Positions 9,806-19,614 of a DNA stretch of 38,799 nt are shown here, one piece after another. The notes under the pieces are model-generated. The model was not told the DNA's origin, did no database searches, and saw nothing but the letters and a program-made list of their open reading frames with translations. Every line of letters starts with the position of its first letter. The stretch's first letter is position 1. The stretch lies in the IMG/VR virus record IMGVR_UViG_3300034065_000102, positions 1 to 38,799 of that record; one strand, given 5' to 3'. The DNA comes from a virus. Its lineage: Duplodnaviria > Caudoviricetes. A program made the position numbers and the translations under genes.

Positions 9806-10512
9806 GCAAGCAGACCGGCATCACCGTTGACACCAGCGAGCTTACGGCGGCGCTCAGTGCCTACATGCCACTGTCCCGTTCTTCGCTCGCCAAGGTCTGT
9901 AACCGGAAGGCGGTTTCAATCGCCCGAAACGCGCTCTGGAACACACCAAAGACGCCAGTGGATACCGTCCATACCCAGCTGGGAAAGATCGTCTCGAAGA
10001 AGAAAGGTGGGAAGCGGTATTCCGTCGTCGCATCCATGCGATCCGCGCGAAACTACGCCACCGGAGAGGGGCGCGCTCAAATGTCACTGGCGGAGGCCCT
10101 GATACGGGCGAAGGACTACCAGCAGGGGAAGCCGCAACGCAGCAAGCAGGCGATGGATTCGGCCATCGTTGACTTCCTGCGGACCCGCTCCCGCAGCGTC
10201 GCCTACCTCGCATCGGGATGGGTTCCGGCGATCATGGACATCATGCGGAAGATCGCTGGCGAACTCGGCGTGGTCTCCGCGAAGGAGACGAAGATGTTCA
10301 AGCGCCACGGGCGCGGAATCCCCGCGTCGGATGATAGCTGGCACACCAAGGCGGTGATCGAAAACAGCGCAGCAAGGGCGCGCCCGCCAATGAAGATCCT
10401 TGAACCGGTTCTGCAAGCCGCCTTCGACAAGGAAGCGGCCGGGACAATGGAGGAAGTCGAAAAACGACTGCGCGAGGCCGCTGGAATTGTCGGCATCAAA
10501 ACCACCCCATGA
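9802..10512 (+). CDS. Neck / tail completion protein (basic)
   Basis: Synteny, K/R-rich; GTG start from GTGA overlap. Confidence 0.5.
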   Translation: MSKQTGITVDTSELTAALSAYMPLSRSSLAKVCNRKAVSIARNALWNTPKTPVDTVHTQLGKIVSKKKGGKRYSVVASMRSARNYATGEGRAQMSLAEALIRAKDYQQGKPQRSKQAMDSAIVDFLRTRSRSVAYLASGWVPAIMDIMRKIAGELGVVSAKETKMFKRHGRGIPASDDSWHTKAVIENSAARARPPMKILEPVLQAAFDKEAAGTMEEVEKRLREAAGIVGIKTTP

Positions 10513-10988
10513 GCTACCCGCTAAACGACCAGATCGAGGCCGCACTCGTGGCGGTGGTGGACGGCGCGATCTGCGCCTACAACACCGCGCACCCAAGCGC
10601 AACAGTGTCAGCCCAGGTAGTGACCGGGAAGGGGGCCACGGACAAAACCCTGCCAATCGTGGTCTGCGCGGTTGATGGCGACGGCGAGGAAGACCCGAAA
10701 GGAACGGGGAACCTCATGGTCCGTTTCGAGGTAGATGTCAGATCGTCGATGACCGACGAAACCCAGGCGCAGGACGATGCGCTGATCAACGTCGTCCACG
10801 GGGCGATCATCGTCCAGGACCTCCCGGGATCGATCAACTCCGCCGCCGTCATTGCCGGGATACCGATAACCGTGTTCCCGATGGGGTTCCAGTTTGAGGC
10901 CCCGACATCCGGCAAGGATGAAGTTGGCGCATGGATAGACACCGCGCGCGGAAGGCTTTACGTCTGTGGATCTGTAATCGCACCATGA
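10509..10988 (+). CDS. Tail terminator-like protein
   Basis: Acidic 159 aa, TLPIVVCAV, position before tail tube. Confidence 0.5.
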   Translation: MSYPLNDQIEAALVAVVDGAICAYNTAHPSATVSAQVVTGKGATDKTLPIVVCAVDGDGEEDPKGTGNLMVRFEVDVRSSMTDETQAQDDALINVVHGAIIVQDLPGSINSAAVIAGIPITVFPMGFQFEAPTSGKDEVGAWIDTARGRLYVCGSVIAP

Positions 10989-11386
10989 AAACCAAATCAA
11001 AAATCATAATCGGAATGTCGGTATTGGCGTTGCTGGCGGTCGCTGTCAGGGCTGGGACATACGTGTTTCTTGGATCGCCAGTCTACGTTAACGGAACCAC
11101 CAACACGGCATCGATGCAGATCGCGACGATGCAGCCGCCCGGGGGAGTGTTCTATCTCCAGAACAACACGAACCTATACGCCACGAACTACATCCAGATC
11201 AACGTCCAGCTGTCCCTCGACAACACGAACTTTCTGACCGTGGCGACATGGTTCCCGACATCAACGAACCCGGCGAGCTACGTATGGGCACCGACCTACA
11301 CGAACCAGCCGATCTACATGCGGGCGCAGGCGATCACGCTAACAAACGCTGGCCTTTCCGGAACATACCAGCAGCCGGGGCTCTGA
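10985..11386 (+). CDS. Signal-peptide-bearing TN-rich protein within the tail operon
   Basis: MKTKSKIIIGMSVLALLAVAVRA-G; ATGA overlap; 7 TN dipeptides. Confidence 0.7.
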   Translation: MKTKSKIIIGMSVLALLAVAVRAGTYVFLGSPVYVNGTTNTASMQIATMQPPGGVFYLQNNTNLYATNYIQINVQLSLDNTNFLTVATWFPTSTNPASYVWAPTYTNQPIYMRAQAITLTNAGLSGTYQQPGL

Positions 11387-11414
11387 TGCGATTGACTCTG
11401 GCCTAAATGCGACA

Positions 11415-11669
11415 ATGAAGATTTCCCACAACGGAAGCATCGCAGGGGTATCCAAGGCCGTCGCCTCGGCGGTCATCGACCCGAAAGCGGACCCCGGAAT
11501 GACACCGGCCCACCTCGCCGCGGTGCAGGGGCTAATCGCTTCTGCCATTGGCGCGCTTGACACGTCCAAATTCAACGGCGTGACAGTGCAGGCCACCTTC
11601 ACGGTTATCGCCGGACAGCAGATGTCCGTTGCAAACCTGCTCGTAAACGGATCTTCCCTGGACCTGTAA
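11415..11669 (+). CDS. Hypothetical protein
   Basis: 84-aa ORF filling the operon gap. Confidence 0.6.
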   Translation: MKISHNGSIAGVSKAVASAVIDPKADPGMTPAHLAAVQGLIASAIGALDTSKFNGVTVQATFTVIAGQQMSVANLLVNGSSLDL

Positions 11670-11690
11670 ACCACCAACTGACAAACCGAC

Positions 11691-12119
11691 ATGGCAACAA
11701 TTAACGGGGTAGCCGTCAACTTTGGGTTCACCGGAACCAACGGGATCACCATCACCGGCCTTTCCGGCGAACTCATCTTGCAGAAGGCCGACGAAAGCGC
11801 CGAGGCGGAACGGGAGATCGTTCGGGGTGGAACGGGCGACAAGGTAGTGTCGGCGTGGTATGGGCAATGCAAGAAAGCCACACTGAACGCCGTTATCACC
11901 GGCACCGGGCTTGCGGCCGCAGTCACGAATACCACGCTCGCGGGCGCGCTCCCCGGCGCTTTCTTGGCCGTCACCGTTTGCGCTTCCATGCCCGACCTGG
12001 TGAACAGCTACTGGGAAGTTCTGAGCGGAAGCAAGATTGAGAAAACCAACACCGGCAATGCGATGATGACGCTCCTGCTCGAGTACAACGCCAACATCAC
12101 AGGGGCGGCTGGGGCGTAA
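11691..12119 (+). CDS. Probable tail tube (major tail) protein
   Basis: 142 aa, beta-rich, MAT start, A/C-rich leader, upstream of chaperone and tape measure. Confidence 0.6.
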   Translation: MATINGVAVNFGFTGTNGITITGLSGELILQKADESAEAEREIVRGGTGDKVVSAWYGQCKKATLNAVITGTGLAAAVTNTTLAGALPGAFLAVTVCASMPDLVNSYWEVLSGSKIEKTNTGNAMMTLLLEYNANITGAAGA

Positions 12120-12126
12120 CCGGACC

Positions 12127-12912
12127 ATGATCGCCCCCGACTATTTTAGCCGGGCGGTCCCTGAGCCATACCGCATCCTGGGGCTTGCACTCCGACCGCT
12201 CTCCATTGGCCATTACCGGCTAATGCGGCGGCATGGGGTTGCCTTCGTTTCCGACTCGGAGGCTGGCGCGGGTCTCGACGACCTGATTACCGGCATCCTC
12301 ATTTGCTCCCAGACCGTCGAGGACTTCGAGGCGTGGTCAGCCTCCACCCGGTTCGCTGCGGACGTGCGCAGGTGGTCCCGGCGCATTCTGCCGTGCCCGT
12401 GGATTGGGCTTCTGCCGGTGGTTGGAAGGTGGTGGCGCAAGCGGTTCGCGTTCGATCTGGTTGAGAAGATCCAACTGTTCTCCCGATACATCGCGGACCA
12501 TTCGGCGGCACCGGACCACGCGACACAATCCGCGGGAGACGAGCCATCCGGTGCACACTGGTCGCACGCGCTCGAAGTCGGACTGCGGAGCGAGCTTGGA
12601 TGGACAAACTCCGAGATCAACACGGAGCCGATGTCCAAGGCGATTGCCGATTACTTCGCCCTCGCGGAACGGCGCGGGGTCCTCCGAATCCTGCGACCTG
12701 AGGACATGGCGATGGGCGAGGAAAACGCCAAGACCGCAAAAGTTGAGTTATCCCCGGGATTCGCCAGCGTCCAGTGGATCGCCCTGAACGATTCGCGGGT
12801 TTACGCGACGCTGACCGAATCCGGGTTCGACGGCACCCTTCCGAATGGCCCGCACAAGGTGAGAAGCATCCGACTCAGCGGAGAGGTTACGGAGGTGGTT
12901 TGTGGGGCTTAA
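12127..12912 (+). CDS. Probable tail assembly chaperone
   Basis: Between tube and tape measure; ILGLALRPLSIGH and LGWTNSEINTEPMSKA resemble G- and T-type segments. Confidence 0.5.
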   Translation: MIAPDYFSRAVPEPYRILGLALRPLSIGHYRLMRRHGVAFVSDSEAGAGLDDLITGILICSQTVEDFEAWSASTRFAADVRRWSRRILPCPWIGLLPVVGRWWRKRFAFDLVEKIQLFSRYIADHSAAPDHATQSAGDEPSGAHWSHALEVGLRSELGWTNSEINTEPMSKAIADYFALAERRGVLRILRPEDMAMGEENAKTAKVELSPGFASVQWIALNDSRVYATLTESGFDGTLPNGPHKVRSIRLSGEVTEVVCGA

Positions 12913-14089
12913 CCTTCGCGGGACAATCTCACTAGACGGCAGTGGGTGGGCACAAGGCATCCGCAAGGCGGAAGGGGAGGCCCTCGCGTTCTCGAGCGCG
13001 CTCAAGGGCGCGGCGATGGGCGCTTTCGGGTTCCTGGGGGCCGGGGAGGTAGTCCGCCGCACCATCGACGGAATGAGCGAGCTCGTCACGGAGTCCAAGC
13101 GCCTGGGGACAAGCATTGAAAACCTTCAGGTGCTTCGGCGCGCGGCGGAAACCGCTGGCGTGGGTCTCGAATCGGTCGCTCACGCTTTTGAGAAGATCGA
13201 GGAAGCCAGGGCGAAAGCCCTTACCCCGGGCGAGGAAGGTCAAAAGATGACGATGGCCTTTACGCGCATGGGCGTGAGCCAGGAGCAGCTTCGGACCATG
13301 AGCCGGGATCAGCTTTTCATGGGGCCGATGCGGCAGACTGTTTCCGGCTTAAACCCTGCAAACATGGCCGCTCCAATGAAGGAGATATTCGGGCGAGGGT
13401 TCGGTGAAATGATACCAGTCCTAACGACTGACTTTGCGAAGCTCCACGACAGAATGCAGGCGATGGGAGTCTTGATCGAAACGCGGACGGCGGTGGAAAT
13501 GAAACTCCTAACCGGAGAGTTCCGGCTTATGGGTCAGACCGTGCTTGCGAGGCTCGCGCCAGCCCTTGTGCTGTTCGCCGAGGTTCTCTACAAGGCCATC
13601 GGCTCGCTTCACGCATCGATGCAAGCGTGGTGGGGCAGCATCGGCGCGGTGCTCGGAAACATCTCGACCCTATCCGTTGGAGACCTGCTCAAGAATCCAA
13701 CCCTGTGGATTGACGCGATCCTGTCAGGGGTGAAGCAGGGGCTTGCTGGTGGACTGAAAACATTCCGGGGATACAGGTCCGATCTCGACGAAATCAAAAA
13801 CCGGGCTGGTAACTTTGGGGACAAGGATCTTCCGTTCACCCCGAACGCCCCGCTTGGTTCCGGTCTTCATGACTCGGGCAATCCGCTTGTCAAGGTTGGC
13901 GGATTCTTTGGCACCACGAGCGGGCAGATCCAGCGGGGAGTTGATGCCCAGTTCCCGGACCTTGTGACCACGTCGAAACAGCAGCTCGACGAACAACGGC
14001 TGATTCGGGCCATGATGGAGGGGCGCATGAAGCCGGACCAGGCATACGCGTCCAACCCTAACGGACCGCTGCATTTCCCTCCCGTATGA
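12902..14089 (+). CDS. Short tape measure protein
   Basis: Helical A/G-rich; ISLDGSGWAQGIRKA; SKRLGTSIENLQVLRRAAETAG; only 395 aa. Confidence 0.8.
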   Translation: MGLNLRGTISLDGSGWAQGIRKAEGEALAFSSALKGAAMGAFGFLGAGEVVRRTIDGMSELVTESKRLGTSIENLQVLRRAAETAGVGLESVAHAFEKIEEARAKALTPGEEGQKMTMAFTRMGVSQEQLRTMSRDQLFMGPMRQTVSGLNPANMAAPMKEIFGRGFGEMIPVLTTDFAKLHDRMQAMGVLIETRTAVEMKLLTGEFRLMGQTVLARLAPALVLFAEVLYKAIGSLHASMQAWWGSIGAVLGNISTLSVGDLLKNPTLWIDAILSGVKQGLAGGLKTFRGYRSDLDEIKNRAGNFGDKDLPFTPNAPLGSGLHDSGNPLVKVGGFFGTTSGQIQRGVDAQFPDLVTTSKQQLDEQRLIRAMMEGRMKPDQAYASNPNGPLHFPPV

Positions 14090-14949
14090 GCTACACGCCG
14101 GGAATCATGTATAAGTATTTCCTCCCCGGAGGATATACTGACACGGGCTGTGTCAACGGAAAGGCTGGCGCGTGGCTTCAACCAATCGAGTTCGGGATCA
14201 CCGAGCAGGGCGCATTCTCGAACTGGACGTATCAGGGCACCAGCACCGAGATACTGGCCATGCGGTCAGTCATCGAGTCGTTCAATGGGCTTTGGACCAT
14301 CAAGGCGTCTGCGACTGGCGGCAACGACACGTTGACTGCGAGAATGCCGGTGGGGTGGGACCCGTCCCAGATCACCGACGGCAACCCAAGCGGTCTATAC
14401 GACCTTCCCGAAGACATCTGGGAGCTTACGGCGGAGGAGATCCAGCTTGACCTGTTCCAGTGTCCAATCGCCATCACGCTGACTCTGGCCGAGCAGATCG
14501 AGATTACGAACGCGGTCAGCAACCCGGGTATCTCGCCAGCACCAACCGATGACACGCATAACGCGGTGACAATCTACAACCTGATGATGGATGGTGTCAG
14601 GTCGCAATTGATGTGGGTTCCCATTCTCAGGCACACACGCACTTACTCTAATGGGATGTACACCCCGCCCGTTGACCCGTGGAACAACGTTGGCGCGCTA
14701 CTCTCCAACGATTGCATCACCGAGGCGGAAGGACCATCGATCGGATCCGGAAACGGCGAGGGCTGCCCGGTCGCATCGGACTTCACATTGCCGGTTGACA
14801 CCGCCACCGCCCGCACGAACTACGCGTGGGCGTGGCTGAAGAAAGCCCCCGACACCCGCGTCGGCTCCCGCAGCAAGACCCAGGTGGTGAAGGAGTTCCG
14901 GTTCGCCATGTGGTCAACCGGCCTTTACGGAAGCGTAATCACGTCATGA
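14086..14949 (+). CDS. Tail tip / hub protein
   Basis: Follows tape measure with ATGA overlap; beta-rich. Confidence 0.55.
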   Translation: MSYTPGIMYKYFLPGGYTDTGCVNGKAGAWLQPIEFGITEQGAFSNWTYQGTSTEILAMRSVIESFNGLWTIKASATGGNDTLTARMPVGWDPSQITDGNPSGLYDLPEDIWELTAEEIQLDLFQCPIAITLTLAEQIEITNAVSNPGISPAPTDDTHNAVTIYNLMMDGVRSQLMWVPILRHTRTYSNGMYTPPVDPWNNVGALLSNDCITEAEGPSIGSGNGEGCPVASDFTLPVDTATARTNYAWAWLKKAPDTRVGSRSKTQVVKEFRFAMWSTGLYGSVITS

Positions 14950-15545
14950 AGGACTTCGCACCATGCGGCGGGACAAGCCCTAGCGCGGCATACCTCAACC
15001 TGCTGCGGGAGATGGCAAAGACGGCCGTGGTAAAGCCAGGGCCTGGCTATCGAGTGCTCAGGCAGTCCCCAGGCAGTGGGACCGTTCTGGAGATACTCTC
15101 CGCTGGCGGCGGGATCACCGGGCAAGTCGGCATTTTCAAGTTCGCCAGTTCCTTCTGGAACACCACGGCCGGGAGCGACTCTGTTCCGATCTGCGGCATC
15201 TACGGTTATCCCTACGATTTCACCACCACTGGCGGGACCGGTGTTCCAATTCTTTCCGCTTCTGACTTGTGGCTAATCGGCGGGGAGACGTTAACAACCG
15301 GCTCCGCCGCTGGAACCAAGTCCTACAGCTACAATTGGGGCGGGCAGCAGCGCGTTGCGACTTGGACCGCAAGCTCCGTGACTCACACCGAGTATGACTT
15401 TGTCACCCCGGAATACAACTCCGGCCGCCTGATAGTGGCGATGCAGTTGAACAATCCCGCCGTGGTGGTGTCCGGCGTTCCGGTTCAATGGCTGGAGGTC
15501 TCGCCAAGGTATTGGGCGAACGACATGCTTTACACCCCGCCTTGA
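14946..15545 (+). CDS. Tail tip protein
   Basis: ATG 14946 overlaps previous stop; G/T/S-rich. Confidence 0.55.
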   Translation: MKDFAPCGGTSPSAAYLNLLREMAKTAVVKPGPGYRVLRQSPGSGTVLEILSAGGGITGQVGIFKFASSFWNTTAGSDSVPICGIYGYPYDFTTTGGTGVPILSASDLWLIGGETLTTGSAAGTKSYSYNWGGQQRVATWTASSVTHTEYDFVTPEYNSGRLIVAMQLNNPAVVVSGVPVQWLEVSPRYWANDMLYTPP

Positions 15546-15546
15546 T

Positions 15547-16392
15547 ATGGGAGTTCCGTCATCACCAGCAGGGGACATAACCTTTCTGCGGTCGCAGTCA
15601 GGGGCGTTTGTTCGCTCTGCGGCTGGCGCTCGCACTAAAGGCGGCGGTCTTGCTCTCGGAATGGGATACAGATACGTTGACGCTGTTATTATCGGCGGAA
15701 CTCCACCGGCCACGGTTACAGAGTCAGAGATGGTTACTCAGTGCCGGTCATTGGATATAACATCGTTCGGAACGGGCGGGACTGGAAGCTTTTACACGCT
15801 ATCAAGACTTGATTACAGTGATGCGTGCTATCAGTACAACTTCGACGGGACCATAGGAGGTTTGCCGTTTCCGCTCTTGTATCATGACGTTGGCGCTGGA
15901 ACAGAAACCCCCACAAACCTTACAGACACAACCGGCATTAACATCGTTACAGGGGGGGGTACTATAGGTTGGCTTCTATATCCTGACGGCGCTGGTGGTT
16001 ACGAACCTACCGCGTGCGGTCAAGGGCAGTGGTGCTTTTCTTGGATGGATGCAAGCGACGTGGTTGACCCGACGCAGATTAACCCGCTAACATACTGGTA
16101 TGGGCAATGCACGTTGGATGATGCGTCCCTGAATTGCACTGCGCAACAAATCAAAATACTAGGCCAAGGCTACATTCTCCCAATCTCGATTGGTTTGAAC
16201 TCTGGCGGGACGTTCGTCGCCGGTCCGGTTGACGCCGGGGGGTGGCCTTCCGCCACCGCCGACAAAATCAAATACGTCGGAACGTTCCCGGCATGGGATG
16301 CGGCGGGCGCTTTTGGCGTTTGCGTCTTTCTTGTGGTTAACGTTTCTCCTGCTCAGTTTCTCGCCAATAACCCCGGATGGACATTCGTTTGA
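15547..16392 (+). CDS. Putative tail tip / receptor-binding protein (lower GC)
   Basis: G/T/D/Y-rich 281 aa; visibly more A/T-ending codons. Confidence 0.55.
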   Translation: MGVPSSPAGDITFLRSQSGAFVRSAAGARTKGGGLALGMGYRYVDAVIIGGTPPATVTESEMVTQCRSLDITSFGTGGTGSFYTLSRLDYSDACYQYNFDGTIGGLPFPLLYHDVGAGTETPTNLTDTTGINIVTGGGTIGWLLYPDGAGGYEPTACGQGQWCFSWMDASDVVDPTQINPLTYWYGQCTLDDASLNCTAQQIKILGQGYILPISIGLNSGGTFVAGPVDAGGWPSATADKIKYVGTFPAWDAAGAFGVCVFLVVNVSPAQFLANNPGWTFV

Positions 16393-16404
16393 CTTGAGAC
16401 CGTT

Positions 16405-19044
16405 ATGATGATTCGCATCCTTGCATTCCTGCTCTGCGCGTTCAGCGCCGCCGCGCAAACGTCCGTTCTTTTCCCGATGACGGACTCGACGGGCAGGCCG
16501 CTACCCTACAGCGTTGTCACGCTCTACCCCACCCAGCCCGCGTCGAACGGAAGCTGGCTAACCAGCCTCGACCCCACAAGCCTTCCCCTCGGCACAAACT
16601 CGCAGGTCATCTTCTCCAACGTCACCCCGGGAATTGTTTACGTCGGCGCTTTCGCCGGGCCAACCATCGTCACGACGAACCTATTCCTTTTCCCGGCCAC
16701 GAACGGGATGGTTAGCGCGCTGACGTGCCTGATTGCGCCAACGAACTCCGCGGGGCCGAACAACACCGCGTATTCGATCACGGCAGTCAATGCGCTGATT
16801 GCTGGCATAACAAACCAGGCCGCCACCATTGCAGGCCTGGCGGCAGCCGGAGCGACGAATCTGGCGAATCTGGCGGCGATGGGGGTGTGGACGGACCAGG
16901 TGGGGACGAACTACGGGAATTGGGCCTACTTGACGAACCAGCTCATTTTCCAGGGGCAATTAGCGGGTGGTGAGGATCTGGCGGCCATTGGCTCGGATGC
17001 GAATGGGAACCTGGATTTCTTTCCGGGGATCGGGTTCGGGGATGGTGGGGGGCAGGTGAATTTCTACATCGCTGGCGGGCAGCTCAATCTGATCGGGGGC
17101 TTTGGACTCAGCACTTTCATCGACCAGGCACCCAACCAGAATGTGGTACTGGAGCCGGGGGTGACGTCTTCCATGCTGATCATCGGGAACGGCTCGGCGA
17201 CGAGCACGAATCTGGCGATCTACGCCTCGGGGATGATGACGAGCAAGGCGACGATCGCCTCCTCGAACGCGGTAATTGGGGCGGTTTATTCGACGAATTT
17301 CACCGGCAACGGCGCCGGGCTGACGAACCTGAACCTGACTGCGGTGATCGCTAGCGCGACGAACGCTTTCAACATCTCCACCAATTTCATCACGGGGGAT
17401 TCGATGCGCGTGCTGGACCGTGGGATCGATTTCTACGGCGTGAATCGATTCAATTGGTCCAACACCATCGGGGTTCTGGCCACCAACGGCCCCCTCACGC
17501 TCTGGTTCTGGGGTAATGGGTGGGTGCGCGACAGCATTTACATTTCGGCCGTGACGAACATGGCGAAAAGCAAGCCGTTGATCGGGTATGGCGGCTTCCT
17601 CACGTTCAAGCTGGGGAGCCAAAACGCGCTGAGGTATTTCAATTACTGGAACTCGCCCAACTACGACCTCAACGCGACGATTGTGGATTTCGGCGTCCCG
17701 AACACCACCGACCCCCAGCTCACCAATTGGCTGGCGTACGCCACCCTCACCAACAACAGCATCTTCTCCCCCATCCCGTCCGACAACACGGGGATGTCGG
17801 CGCTGACAGGAAATGGCAACCTGACCGCCAACGTTGCGCGGATCTGCTACCTCAAAAACCCGTCTGGCAACACGTTCTATGTTGACGTGCGCACCAACGA
17901 CGCGGTGGCGTCGACGGTGGGCTGGACGAACATTGATGGAACATGGACCACGGTGGCGACGCTCAACTCGTATAATGCCACATGGGCCGGGGCTACTTAC
18001 TCTTGGACGAATCCCCTTGGAGTGGCCCCGACTCAGGTCCGCGTCCGCTGCGGAGCGGTCCAACAGTTTACGCCCGTGGTGGACATGGGCCTTTGGAACA
18101 ACACGATCTCCAACGGCATCCTGCTGGGTGAGTTTGCCCAGGAAGGCGGCCCGAACCTCACGCAATGGACGAACGCCACCCTGGCCGCGAAGAGCGGGCC
18201 GATCTGGGCGGCGGAGGCTCCGAACATGGTGGTCTTCACTGGTGGTTTCGACGACGCCACCGGAAGCCCGATCTTCAATCTCACGAACATCCTTTCGATT
18301 CTGCGGACCGGGTTCCCCGGGGCTGACATCGTGGACTCGGCGCCGCACAACGACGTTTACCCGCCGCTCACCTTCAACACGGAAGCGGCTTGGTGCTACA
18401 GCAACGGGGTGGCGTTTTTCAACGGCACCACCGCCACCCTGGACGCCTGGGGCAGCATCCAGAACGCGGTCAACCTCGGACTGGTGGACAGCGTGGGGTC
18501 CGGGCATTTGCTGGGGCAGGGCTACGTCTACTTCGGGGAGATGATCGGGGCGTGGTTCGGTTTTTATAAGCAGTACCGCCAGCCGTTCGCCACTACCAGC
18601 TACTCCGGAACATTCACCGGCAACGGCGCCGGGCTGACCAATTTCACCAAGTGGTGTGAAGGCGGCATCCTGGATGACTCTGTGATCACCTCAGCCTCGA
18701 CCATCTACGCCTCGGTCGCCCGCGGTACCTACCGAAACGCCCAGGGCAACGCCAATTACACCTATGCCCAGGTGACCGGCGGGCAAACCGGCTACTGCCC
18801 TTCCAACGTGGTCATCAACTGCTTCTTCGGCCTCGGCTCGGGAACCAACGTCGTCTTTACGCTCTATACCAACGGCGTCTCCGTCGGCACCTGGGGATAC
18901 AACACGCCCGCCGTGAACACCAATTGGACCATCCCCTACTGCCCCCTGACCAACGGCTCCAACTGGTATTGGAGCGTCACCCCCAACGCCGCCATGCCCG
19001 CCTACACCCACTTCGACTGGACCATTAAAGGGTCCGCCTACTGA
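16405..19044 (+). CDS. Large signal-peptide-bearing fibre/adhesin-like protein with a degenerate SGNH-like domain
   Basis: MMIRILAFLLCAFSAAA-Q signal; two FTGNGAGLTN linkers; very N/T-rich; tail-fibre position. Confidence 0.7.
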   Translation: MMIRILAFLLCAFSAAAQTSVLFPMTDSTGRPLPYSVVTLYPTQPASNGSWLTSLDPTSLPLGTNSQVIFSNVTPGIVYVGAFAGPTIVTTNLFLFPATNGMVSALTCLIAPTNSAGPNNTAYSITAVNALIAGITNQAATIAGLAAAGATNLANLAAMGVWTDQVGTNYGNWAYLTNQLIFQGQLAGGEDLAAIGSDANGNLDFFPGIGFGDGGGQVNFYIAGGQLNLIGGFGLSTFIDQAPNQNVVLEPGVTSSMLIIGNGSATSTNLAIYASGMMTSKATIASSNAVIGAVYSTNFTGNGAGLTNLNLTAVIASATNAFNISTNFITGDSMRVLDRGIDFYGVNRFNWSNTIGVLATNGPLTLWFWGNGWVRDSIYISAVTNMAKSKPLIGYGGFLTFKLGSQNALRYFNYWNSPNYDLNATIVDFGVPNTTDPQLTNWLAYATLTNNSIFSPIPSDNTGMSALTGNGNLTANVARICYLKNPSGNTFYVDVRTNDAVASTVGWTNIDGTWTTVATLNSYNATWAGATYSWTNPLGVAPTQVRVRCGAVQQFTPVVDMGLWNNTISNGILLGEFAQEGGPNLTQWTNATLAAKSGPIWAAEAPNMVVFTGGFDDATGSPIFNLTNILSILRTGFPGADIVDSAPHNDVYPPLTFNTEAAWCYSNGVAFFNGTTATLDAWGSIQNAVNLGLVDSVGSGHLLGQGYVYFGEMIGAWFGFYKQYRQPFATTSYSGTFTGNGAGLTNFTKWCEGGILDDSVITSASTIYASVARGTYRNAQGNANYTYAQVTGGQTGYCPSNVVINCFFGLGSGTNVVFTLYTNGVSVGTWGYNTPAVNTNWTIPYCPLTNGSNWYWSVTPNAAMPAYTHFDWTIKGSAY
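17299..17324 (+). repeat. 26-bp exact direct repeat TTCACCGGCAACGGCGCCGGGCTGAC (second copy 18613-18638)
   Basis: Read directly; encodes the FTGNGAGLT linker. Confidence 0.9.
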
Positions 19045-19046
19045 TC

Positions 19047-19427
19047 ATGCCACCTGAACACCAACCGAGCAACCAGGAGCTCCTGACCGCAATCGAGCTC
19101 TCTGGGGACGGGCAGGGCCGTGGCCTTGAACGCAGCGCAGCCATCGTTGGGGCGGTCGTGGCGCTCATTGGTCTAGTGGTGCTGGCTGGCTCTGGCTGGG
19201 TCGCCTACGGGGCCTTGGAGGAGCGCGCGAAAGGGACGGACAAGCGGCTCGAAAAGGTTGAGGCGTGGAAGGACACTCAGGTTGAGAAAATCAACGGGGA
19301 GATACTCACGGGGCTGGCCGACATGAAGGCCGAACTCCGGGCGCTCAAGGATCAGAACCGAATTGCGGCCGAGCAGATGAAGGAGTTGCAGAACCAGATC
19401 CGGGAGGTCAACTCCCGGGTGCGCTGA
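19047..19427 (+). CDS. Single-TM coiled-coil membrane protein (holin- or i-spanin-like)
   Basis: AAIVGAVVALIGLVVLAGSGWVAY then coiled coil; follows fibre gene. Confidence 0.6.
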   Translation: MPPEHQPSNQELLTAIELSGDGQGRGLERSAAIVGAVVALIGLVVLAGSGWVAYGALEERAKGTDKRLEKVEAWKDTQVEKINGEILTGLADMKAELRALKDQNRIAAEQMKELQNQIREVNSRVR

Positions 19428-19484
19428 CCATTTCATTGACGCCAACAAAATGGTGGGCCCCTTGCGCGCTCCCGCACGGTCCCC

Positions 19485-19513
19485 TTGACAACGCGCCGCC
19501 CGTGAGCTAAGGT
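19485..19513 (+). promoter_or_regulatory. Putative sigma70 promoter
   Basis: TTGACA-17 nt-TAAGGT, intergenic. Confidence 0.6.
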
Positions 19514-19614
19514 CCGGTCATGCGTTCATACCGCATTCACCTTCTACATCGTCCCCGTCGTGGTGCCGCGCGTCTCTCGCGTGGGTATGACGCCACGGCG
19601 GGGCACCTCTCACA

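Noticed and set aside
12127-12912. Programmed -1 frameshift in the tail chaperone
   Set aside because: A single ORF spans tube to tape measure; no second-frame product or convincing slippery site seen
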